Below are positions 30,101-42,100 of a DNA stretch of 64,000 nt, in pieces. The stretch is from NCBI GenBank assembly GCA_002633005.1, contig NMRA01000357.1, positions 407,075 through 471,074 on the forward strand. The letters are read 5' to 3'. Source of the stretch: Phoronis australis (taxonomy: Eukaryota; Animalia; Phoronida). A program made the translations under genes and the position numbers. A model generated the notes under the pieces. That model made no database searches. It was not told the origin of the DNA and saw nothing but the letters and a program-made list of their open reading frames with translations. The stretch's first letter is position 1, and each line of letters begins with the position of its first letter.

Positions 30101-33100
30101 GTAAGTCATGCGTGTTCCAAGGTGAACTTATGACGACATGTTTGAAATAATCTCGGGTCTACGTGACCTAATGTATTAGCAGCCCCTTCCCCCATCCATC
30201 CTACAAACACGACCAACAAAATAACACAGCCGGCATGTCCTTTTAAAGTGCCCGCTGTGAACAATAAAAAAAATTGTGGAAGTCCCTTTAGCATATCGTA
30301 GACCCGCCAGTGTCACAGTAGAGATCTGCTATACTGTATGTAGTCTACTATTACAAAACTCAAGTCTGAAGACTGGTAAGACGATTTCGGATGTTACGAA
30401 TGTTACACTGCAGGCTATTCAAGTCGATACGTCGCGGTGCTATTTACTGTCCTGAGCATAGTCTCGAGGACAATTGAACTGCAAATACTTTGAAAATTTA
30501 GAAAGCACCGCTCGTCTGAGTAAAGACTAGGTTTAGACCAATTTTTTCCGCTAAGAGGTCTGGTCTGCACGCCACCTTTTGGCCACATCACGTGACCTAA
30601 TCAACATATTCATGTAAGGGGTCTGGTCTACACTGTAGCTGTGGCCACATCACATGACCTAATTAACACATTCAGGCACGAGCTCTAAATCAAAATTTAT
30701 TTTTTTTATTCGACACCGATTCATTGCCGTTTTAACTACCAAACTGGCGCCAACAGTGATGCGTGAATGTTGCCACAGATTAATAGATAGTTTCACCGAA
30801 TTCCCTGACAATTATTGCAGCACATTTCCGCGTTGTGTGGACTGACTACAACATAGCGTTGGTGTATGAGCGCCTGATCAGCTCACAGGATGGAATAGGA
30901 CGTCCTGGCGACTCAAATGCTTACTTCATTCACAAGCATCGCGAGTTATCGGAAGAAGAAAACGTCAATATGGAAGTCGTGTGGTCCAGCATTGTGAGCA
31001 ATCTCTGCCTTACTAGCCAAAAATATAAGGCTCCTAAAGGTATAAAATACATTATGTCAGTCTAGGTGTCCTGGGGAAATTTTGGTGTTACGCTCCCACT
31101 GGTCGAAAAGGGTTTAGTCAAACAAGTCAATGACAGACTAGAAATAATTTACTTCAAAAACTAGAAGTAATGTATACATTCTTAGTGGCTAGGCTATCCA
31201 CTTTCGTTCAAAAGGTATTCAATAATATTTTTGTCTGAAATAGTGGTGTGGAGCGCAAGACCAACTTTGTTAAGTAACTTGCCATAAACAGATCCCTGGG
31301 CTCAGTTGTTGATTGATACAGTACTTGAATACTGCACACGCCAGTCCCCAAGAACTGTTAATAATATGACTCAAATTACAGTTGATCAAGAATTCGAGTA
31401 GTCTTGATGAAAAGCGCAGCTGGGTTATTTTAGTGGGGGCCAGGAGGGGTGCAGAAAACGAAAGTCGCGAAGTTTTCTGCCTTTTGGTCAATCTTTAATT
31501 GCAAACCAGTATAAAGACATAAGACGGTTGTATGAATTACATTGTCCAAGTTCCACAAATCAAAAATGTTAACAAAGACGACATGCGTAGCAGCGCAAAC
31601 ATGAATAGTGGTTATTTTACTATTCAGAAAGCTCCGAAATTTCAAAGTCGCATATCGCAAGGTTCTTGCACCTGTGACGTGTACACAAGGATTGGTGAAT
31701 TCAATAATCACCACACTGTGTCTGCGATTCAATAACAGGCCAGAGCTGCTACAATTTTGGTTGCTGGAACTGAAACACCTGTTGACATACAGCTTTTCCA
31801 AGGGGACCGTTCCTGCCTCGATGACGAATCATCAAAATGTCAGACCGAAATCACGTTTCTCAGGGCCCTAATATGCTAGAAGACAAGGCCTCGGGGTCTT
31901 TGGGCTTCCACTTTAGTCGCATTTTTTTCACCGCGTAGTCCCATTAATTGACTTTAGAAACTTGTTCATGACTGTACATGTACATGTATGTAACCCTAAT
32001 TCCGTATGCACGTAACACTTTGAACTGTCATGTTGCAATCTAAGCAGGACTATTGCCAGGTTTACGTATAATTCTGACGCTTTTTAGCTTGAGAAAATAT
32101 GGTTACAAGGGATAAAACAAGCATTAGGTCCAGCCAAGGGAAATAAAATCAGCATTTATAACGATCTTTGAGAGAACAAAATGTTGAAGTCTAACAACTT
32201 GAAAACGAGGCTACTTTAAAGAATGTGTTTCTTGACAGTTCCATGTTTGTTTATCATGAATTTATTAACATCACGAACACAAAAACGCAACTGTAAAATT
32301 TTGAATTTTGAATTAAAATCTAAATAAATTAGTGCTGGAAAATTGTGCTCGTCAAATTCTCTAGGGCATTCTAGAAGAAAAGGAAACGTTCCTGTTTCCA
32401 AGTACGTGCTTCAAAAAATAATTGGACGCCTCCAACAAAAATGACCCGAGCTTCCAAAGCGTGTGTGCGACAATGAGACTCCTGTACACAATAGGTGTGC
32501 GAAGATATTTTCATTGCTATTTGTGCCTTTCGTTTCATCTCGGATTTTGTTTGAAAGGGCCTAAAACGTCATGTCTGAAATTCTAAAACTTAAATGGCGT
32601 TAAGTAACAACTCAGAAACATTAGAGTGTCCCGTTCATGTAACGTCTTGCCTAACCACACCTTTCCCCTTCTCAACGCTCCCTCTTGAGGTAAAGAGTCT
32701 GGGGCCCTCACTACAGGTCTGTCACAATTCTCACTTCCTATTCGCCACATTTGAAAGGAACGCCGAAAGAGTTATAGAGTGGTTACAATTTCAGTAGGCA
32801 ACACCACGTGGGTCCGATATTTTAGTTTAATTCCATCTATTCAGTCAGGGTAAATTCTTGCTGTTTTTAATATTGTTTCCGTAATACATATAAATTATTA
32901 CATGTTCTTAGTCGGTATCCCCCGCAATCTAAAGCCCGAGTGTATGTTGGAGAATTATCGCCCGAGGGGCTAGTATATAGCTTACTACACATTCTATCAC
33001 CCTAAGCTTCGACCGTGAAAATATCGTCTGCTAAAGTAGGTTACCCCACTGCAGAATGCTGAATGTTAACCAAATCCCCTTTTGTCCACTGACGTCATAT

Positions 33101-36100
33101 GCATGCTGGCACCCTCCAAGGGAGGTTGGGAGACTTTGCACTGGTAGCCTGCCCTTGTAGAATCTGCAGTTTATTTACACAACTGGTAACTGGACTCTTG
33201 AGGGTGATGACTGACATCATTTGTATCAAACAAAGATACTTAGTCCGGTCCCTTAGCAGCCAAAAACCCCAAAACATTTACACCCCGGATTAAAGCACCA
33301 AATTTGGTACACAGATACTTTGGGACACGCTGAATCTCATGGGGGTCGGTTGCCCGAAATTTGAGGTCAAGGTCAAGGTCAAATCAAGGTCAAAGGTCAT
33401 GTGGGTAATTTTTTTGAAATGGCTTCAGACGAAGTATCTGTTTCATTACTGTTTCAGGTGATAAGCAGGAGGCTTTATTTTTGGTTAAAATTAATGTTAA
33501 TAACTTGTAAAAATAAGTTGAAAGTAAAAAAGTAATTTTCCAGACACTTAAGATGGTAATTATCCTAATTAATAGAGCATATACATTTTCAATGAAAAAT
33601 AAGTCTATTTGTTTTCTCTGGCTGAGAAAAACTGTCAAACTAGTATGAATATGCATTAAATCAACTCTAAAATGGTTTACCTTTAACAGAAGTTCATTTT
33701 TAAATGTTTTTGTTACAATATTTATGGTTAATTATGTAACAAATCGTCTCCGTAATTAAAGGAAATCGGACATCTTGCTAAATTTTCAAATAACAATTGC
33801 TGAAACTTTTATCATCATTTTTAATTTGATCATAGCTGAAGGTAACTTTGTTAATTAATGTGTTTACATTTTAGTTTGAACTTGATTGTCACATAAACTA
33901 AACCAATTAAAGTAATTTAGGTCATTGATGGTTTCCAGTAGAATGAAATAAAAAAGTCAGGTTTTACTTGGTGTATCACAATAAGGTGAAGCCCTTGTTG
34001 CACTATACTTTAAAACAGGTCCAGGCATAATGATTGTCTTGAGGAACATGTCCATTTTTAAGGTTTGTGTCCATCCAGTTAGTTGTGTTGACAAATTATG
34101 TAACAAGTGAAGCTGACCCTTGCTCATCCAGACAACAGTACCCAAGCAGGTGACCTCAGGTCTGAGACTCGCATGATGTTGACCTCCAGTTCATTGCTCT
34201 TGTACTATTATATTTTGATTGAGGTTTACTAATTTAGGTATGTACTTTTTTGAGTAACTATGTACATAAAAATATCCTAAATTGATTTAACTTATTGGAG
34301 ATAATCATATCGCGTTTGGTGGTGATAGACCGACCCAAAAAACCTCGCCTCATTTTCGAATAGGTGGAAATTCCTGAGAAAACCACAAACCTTTGAGTAA
34401 AATGCGATTTCACGCCTATACACATTAACTCTATTCCGATACATTTGCTTGTATGCCAGGCCACGGACAGTGCTGTTCTTGAATGGAATTATTTACGGAT
34501 TTTTAGGCAAACCTTTGGCAAATGCGACTCGACTTAGAATGAACAAAAACATACCGTTTTAGTCGACATAACTTTCAATATTTTAATATGAAAAACAAAA
34601 TAACCGAATGCTCGGCCGCATTCAACTCACAGGCAGCAGACGTCTTATCACTGCCGTAAATCATGAGAAGCTCAAAAGTAAGTTTTACACAACCTCTGCA
34701 TACTAAGTATCGTGGCCATTCGCAGTAGGCCCCATTACCCGCGGACGCAGGACTCAGTTCAGACACTCAACTGAGCAAAAATTATTTATCATGCCGCAAC
34801 CTCAGAATTCACTTTGTAACATACCACAAAAGCATTTTTCTTAATTCTTAGATTTTGAGGATTGACGAAAGTCACGATACATAGAATTATCCAAGTCTAT
34901 ATGTGACTCGTCTGATGTTACTTGGTCCGTACTGATAGGCTAAATCAGTGGTTAACTCGGTTTACGAGTTCTCATGACCTCCACTGGGGGCGCCAGCATG
35001 CGTGTGACGTCAGTGGACAAAAGGGAATTTGGCCAACATTCACCATTCTGCACTGCTTACTGAGTACAGTGCCCAAGTCAAAGGATCCCGCCGACACGAT
35101 ACCCGCAAGTGAGAGAAAAGGAGAGACAAATTGGATTGAATTAATGTATGGTTTTTATAGCGTATACATGTAAGTGTCGGTACAATGCCCTTTGTTGAAC
35201 ATGTGATTATTGCGTGTGCTCAATTATAACTATTCTATTTTCGCGTTAGATGACGTCAGCGGCTGAGTGGTGCAGTTAAGTCTTGGGAAGCAGGTTCGAA
35301 ACCGGCCGCGGTTTCCCGCCAAAATGTTTTCTACTGTAACGCCGTTTAATAACTGAGTGGGTCATTACACTGTTGTATTGGCCATTCGAGGCTGGTATTG
35401 TGGTATAAAAACGTTTTTATACTCCGCTACACAAATCTCGTAATGTAAGAAGCCACATTAAAAAATCGACCTACCGTAATCGTCAGACCAGGTCGACTGG
35501 TCGGCCACAAGTTTTTACATTTCAACACCGAAGAGTCGCTAGGACTATGAGACAGTTTCCCTATCCTGTGCAGGTCCCTAAGCTGTACTTGTAGCCCTGA
35601 TCAATCGATAAACCGGGATCTGTTTACCACAAGATTACCCGAGGTGTTCCAGGTGCCTCAATGTTGTTAAATTGGGAGAAATGACAGAGCGATACATCAT
35701 TGCTTACGCCTTGTTACGTGGGGATAGTCATCTAGAACCTCATAGCATTAGGGTTGAGGAGATTGACAACGGCAAACTCTCCAGAAGAGGCGTAACTTTG
35801 CTTCGTGCTCAGTTCTTTTGAATAATATATTGTTTGAAGTAGGCGTCACCAGATGCCAAGTACTGCGCGTGTTGACTGTGACACGTGATACGGATAACTC
35901 AACTCCTTGCTATATATACCATGTATGGTTCACTTTCAGAAAAATGTGTTGTTAATCAGCGAGTGGCCCCAAACTTTGACATTCACAAGGTAAGACGTAG
36001 TGTATTCATTTCCCGGCCGCCCATGTTGGACATAAGACTATTAGATCCCAAAAATCATTATTGGTTATGGTCTCTCTCCCGACTAATGGTGACACCTGCG

Positions 36101-39100
36101 CTCACCAACTAAAAATAAAAAACGCCCGTCCGCCTCAGATTTGTTTGTTTTTTGTTCATAAAGCTGCAAAAACGTATTTAAGGAAGGATACGCAATGTTT
36201 GAAAAATCAAGAATTTGCTAAGCGATGAGTCAAGAAAGCAGAACCCGCATCATCTTTGTTGGTCTCAGTTGGATTTTCGTGTTTGAAAAAGGGCGCCTAA
36301 ATATTCCACCGCCTCGATTTTTAAAAATAGCAAGGACAAGAATCAACTATTTTTTGCTCTCCGACCACTAGAAACATTCTTCTATTCGTCGATATTTGAG
36401 TGTAAAACATTTTGATCTCAGCCCCATTTCCAAGGAATGACTGTGAAAACAATAAGTCACACATCTTGATCAACTTTGCAGAATATGTGCGCAATTGTCC
36501 GGCAAGAACTTTGTTGTTTTTTTGTGAAATCAGCACACAACAGGCTTAGACTGTTGATTTTGTTTACGATTATTGAAATTCTTATATGTCTGACATTAAT
36601 TCTAAATTTGAACTTCTAAACAACACTAAATATACATGTATCCAACACAGATTTCCAAATAGGGATCACTCAGTTTTTGTGCAGTGACACCCAGACAAGA
36701 AAACGTGAAACAATCATTGGACATTAATAGTATGGGAGTCTTCCCATTATTACTGAACTACGTACGACTATTTTTTTTGGTTTGATCACACTAAACTTTT
36801 TATTGCGGTGCCTAAATAAGTGAAGAAAGTTGGTTTTTTTATTTCACCCATATCTGTGTAAGAAATCTTCTTGTACAAGACTTTCGGCGACAGAAATCGC
36901 TGTCTATGACAGCCTTGTTTGAAATATAAATTGTTAACTTTCCTTTCGCGCGACAGAACGTAAAATTAATGTGTGTGCACGACCCAGAATTTTTAATTTG
37001 CAACTTAATAAATTTAGATGTTACGTTAATTTTAAAAACGAAGAAGACATGTCGTCAACAACAAATAATAAAAAAGAATTATATCTTGCGAACCCCAGCT
37101 CATGGGTGAGTAAGGTGCATTTGCATTTGCATTTGCTTTTGCAACTGCTTTTGCTTTTGCATACATTTACATTTAGGGCAAAGGAAACCCAAAAACATTT
37201 AAAGGATGGCGTAGGGTTGCACATATAATCCGCTTCTTCATTTTTCCTTAAGCTTTAAATCAAGATTTTGCACGTCTCACTTAAAGCTAATGGGCTCTGC
37301 TAGAAGAATTGTGCGTACGCTATTTCACAAACAGCTTATATGGGAAGATTTAAATAAAGCAAATGAGTTTTTGAATGTTCTAGTTCGTAGGGAAGTGGTA
37401 CATTGAACAAGAAACGCGCGTGCATGTAGGGAAATGGCGCGCAGATTACCTCGTCATCAAAGAAACAGAGCAAGGCGTTGGCATTGAATTTCACGGTGGA
37501 CCTTTTGATCAGGGACAGTAAGTATTTTGCTGATCGAATCCCAAAGTTAACCAAGATAGTTTTAGTAAATGATCACGTGAATTTACAAGTACGTTTCAAT
37601 ATTTCTGTTTGTGGTGTACACTGTACGTCCTCGGATTTGGGATGCGAGCAAAATGTGAATTCATTTAGATTGGTGCACATTTGTAATATTAGTTTTATGC
37701 ATTGGTTGTTCACACGTGACCAGAAACGAAGATTTGAATGTGTTCCCATAACTCAACATTACAACCTCTCCAAAACATCATTTTAGCTATGAACATTTTG
37801 ACAGCCATATACTCGCTCAGCCCTTATCTCACTCGCGTGATTTTGAGCAGTCTTGCGTGATATCCATTTTCTTGCAAGAAATCCGAACGCAGCCCAGCAC
37901 ACTCACACAGTCGGCTTTCACATGGTCAAGGCCCAATTTATACCCTAAACCATTTTCCCTGTAGCACTCCTCAGTCCCTGACTCCGGCATACTGTCACCC
38001 TTACCTTGGTAACAATCAATTGTTACCATGCATACATGTTAAAACTCACGGAGTCCAACTGGTAGCTAGTACTCTAAGTTTCGTGTCCATCAGGCAGTTG
38101 TAACCCTACCATGCGATTAATGTTCGAATCTTCAGTCCGACGCATTTTGAGTCTTGCGCTAGCGGACAAAATAATAAAATCTGGCCGGAATTAATTTAAC
38201 AACCGACACGTCAGCAAGGTTTGAAACGCCATGATTTGCAGAATGATGAATGAAAAAGTCACGTGCTCTCCTCTCGGGTATGTGTTCGTTTTTTGAAAAG
38301 AGCGAACAACGAATATATCCTGCACATATTCGATTTTCAAAAATGCAGACCAGTGTGCTTCTTAAACTACTAATTGAAAATTATTTGCAGTTATGTGAAA
38401 GGCAATTTAACTGAGCAGTCACAAGCAGTTTTCAAGTACTCAGACGCCTTGCATACAAGTAAGTAACATTACGAAGTACAAGCGACATTATGTGCAATGG
38501 CTGCTGGGTTTGTACCATATTAGGACTCGCTCCGTAAAACAATCCGTTTATTACCTCTTACAGGAACACTGTCGCTTCTTCGGGTGAAAACGCATCTTTG
38601 TGATCATTGTTGGCAAGGATAGACTTCTTGAGGTTATGAGCATTGAGCAGAACTATAACTCAACAACATTGTGTTTCGTGATTATACTACAAATCTCACA
38701 TTCTCGCCACCTACATGTATTCGTTGAAATCAAGCCCGGAGTTTTTACCAACTGAACACACTTTTACTGTTTGTTAAACATGATAAAACATGCCTTTGGC
38801 GGCATTTACAGTTCATGTTTGGATTGGGGCTAAGATCTGCCTGCAGAGCTATAGTCTGCCACCATGTGGATACCTTGTTCGATTCCTCGCTGAGTGATAT
38901 CTCAGAAATGTATTTTTCTTGCCCATAATGTCCCTTTGAAGGTACACGTTTGTTAAATTATATTTTCACTATTTCCAGCTCATTTCCGCGTCGTGTGGAC
39001 TACCAGTAACCTGACATTGATCTACGAAAGCCTCATAAGCTCTCATGATAGACTTGGTAGCCATGGGAATTCGGACGCCTACTTCCTTCATAGGCACCCG

Positions 39101-42100
39101 AAACTGTCGGCAAAAGAGCTTCAGTTGATGAACGAGTCATGGGTGGACATCATATCAATGTTTTGTTTAACTAAATACCAACACATTCCTAAGGAAGGTG
39201 AGCCAGGTGAAGGTCCCTGGACCTGTGCTACGATCAATTAATATAGTTAGCTTTTAAGTTTGAACTCAAACATTAACCTTGTCACCTCTGACAAGGCATA
39301 ACGAGAACTTTTGGAATGTATTGGAATTAACGTACCCCTGGGTGGAAAGTTCTAAAAAAATTTAAAATTTCCTGTACAGTCCACCGTATCATCACCATCA
39401 TTATGTCTGCATACAGCACCAGAATTACAGAAAGTGCATCATTCTAAATCACAGGGAGCGGTGAGTCAGCAAGCAGCGGTGATGGCAGCGGTGAAACCGG
39501 ACCCAGCTTTAGTAGTGGTGACGTCAGCAGTGGCGAGCTGGACAGTAGCGCATCTGTTGAAGGAAGTGGCGTCGGTAGCGGTGATGTGGGCAGTGGTAGC
39601 GTTCATAGACTGACAGGTAGGAATTTAAAATAGAACTTAGCAAAATTGGTTCTTATTCTGGTTCTTCCTCCCCACTTATTTGGATACCTGCGCTTACGGA
39701 CTAAAATCCTCCAATTCATCAATTTCTGATAAAGTCTTGTTTTTTGTCTGAAAATATGCAAAAAATCACGAAAACAGGGATCAGCTAGGTTTGCAACTCC
39801 ATGATTTGTCAATTAATAATTTAAAAATATCGAATACCGCGTGGGTCTTTTTACTATTAAAATATCACACCAATCGATTTTCCGAAAAGAAGAGAACAAA
39901 ACCACTTCTGCACCTTTCGGACTAACCCTGTGTTTTGCATAAAAACGGTTTCATCAGAATTAGCGCAACCTAACACTAGTTACAGTGTAACTAAAACGCT
40001 ACCTCACCATATTAAACAAGAGCAACACGGAGCGTTGAAATGCACCCACGAATGCACCGCTAACGCTGTGCTTCTAGAGGTGTTTATTTGGAACATAAAA
40101 ATGGCAACTGGAGGGCGCAAAATATGTCGAATCCATTCAAGAACTTGTATGTGTCATCAAAGCTATTAATCAATTTTCATGAAAATCCGTCAAGGAACTT
40201 TTGAGGAAACAGAGGAAAATGAAAAAATGAAATTGTCACCAAGAGGCACCAAAGTAGATAAAGCAGGAAAATAATCGACAGACTTCCTCTTGCCATTAGG
40301 AACATAAATGTCTCTTTCCACAACCATCCTTCGAGTAGTTTGATTGACAGAGGGGCAGACGGCAAATAACAAGACTCCAGAACAGTAAAAATGGCCACAA
40401 CATGGCGCAAAATGCCCCGAATTTTACCGAAAACCGGATGATAGCGTCACCTCATTAATAGATGCCTAACTGCCAAATTTTATCAAAATCTATTGGCGAC
40501 CCTTTAAGATAGAGAGGTAAACGTAAAAAATTAAATTGCTACTATGGGGCACACGGGTAGCCCGATCTGTCCGAAAGTCGCCATCCTCTGTTGTCAACTA
40601 CATATAAATACATTAGCAAAATTCAATAAAGATTCTATAGAGCATTTAGGAGATACAAACAAAACTGCCACCAGGAGGCGCCAAAGTATTCCAAGTCATC
40701 GGAAAAGCATCGTCAGCCGCCCTCTTCACAGTAAGAACATATATGCCAATTTTCAAATCATCCCTAGAGCGAAAACAGTAAAAATGGCCACTAGGTGGCG
40801 TAAAGTACCCCGAATACGTCCGAAAACGGGAGGATGGCATCATCTCGCTAATAGATGTGTAACTGCCAAGTTTTATGAAAATCCGTTGAGGACCTCCAAA
40901 TCTACAGAGGTAAGCGTAAAAATTAAAATTGCCACTAAGGGACACACCAGTTGTCGGAGAGGTTTGTTGTCATCAATTGCCACCTTCATGGGAACACATC
41001 TGCCAAATCTCATTACGATCTTGTGAGGGGTTTAGGAGATAAAGCCATGGGCTCAAAAACAAACAAAACTGCCACTAGGAGCCAACACAGTTGTCGAAGT
41101 CGACGGAAAATCACCTCAGTCGCCCTCTTCACCTTAAGAACATATATGCCCATTTTCAAATCATCCCTAGAGCGGTTTGCTTGATATAACGATAAACGCC
41201 AAAAACAGACTCGAAAACAGCAAAAATTGCCACTACGTGACGCAAAGTACCTCGAATCCGTCAGAAAACGGGAGGATGGAATCATCTCACTAATAGATAC
41301 CTATCTGCCAAAATTTATGAAAATCCGTTGAGGACATCCGAAGATACAGAGGTAAGCGTAAAAAGTTAAAATTGCCCCTGCGGGCTACACCGATTGTCCG
41401 AGAGGTCCGAAATCCGTCGTCGTCAGTCGTCAGCTTCACAGGAACACATCTGCCAAATCTCATCAACACCCTGTGAGGGGTTTAGGAGATACAGCTGCGG
41501 ACGCCGGACCACGGACGCCGGACGACGGACGCCCAGACAGAGATGGCGGAAACATGCAACCACATATAAATATGTGGGCGCATAAAAATAAATTATTTCA
41601 GTGGTTCGAAGTGTTCGTTATAGTGTTCATGAACTGGCGTCAAGCGATATAGTAACGCATGCCGACTTGCCAAATTTGTGAGAATTCTACACTTTCAGAG
41701 AATTCAGGAGACGACTCTACAATGGAGACGTGCACGACGCGACGAGACAGGATAAAAGAGAGAATCCAGAAGGGCTCTGAATCTGACACTGATGCGCTGG
41801 ACCAGAACGTCCCTGTCTGTGAACAGGACGGTAGTTACAGTGCCAAGCAGTGTAGAGGTTCTAGGTAAGAATCTTCAGCCGGTTCATGTTCGACAAATGT
41901 GACCACGCGTCCGCAAAGCTCCTTTATTGTGTTTGAAAGGAGAGTGGGGTTGGCGAAACAGATTATTTAAATTTCACGACGTAACAATGGAAAGATAAAC
42001 ATGTATAAAGTATCTGGTAAAGCATTTATCTCAAATTGGCATAAACTGCTTCACTTAGATGACATAACGAAGACAAAAGGGATCGCGTCACAATTGCTTC

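Noticed and set aside
36178-37251. Kolobok-like element bounded by TTAA-GG...CC-TTAA
   Set aside because: The inverted match beyond the first few bases is too weak to support a call.
592-39197. Cluster of seven separate single-domain lipocalin genes
   Set aside because: No module has its own start, signal peptide or conserved stop; each last exon ends in a phase-1 donor matching the next module's phase-1 acceptor, with gaps as short as 223 nt. Transcript data are still needed.
40544-41585. Overlapping 60-160 aa ORFs as a protein-coding gene
   Set aside because: They lie inside the repeated HINE-like element, with no domain motifs or splice support.
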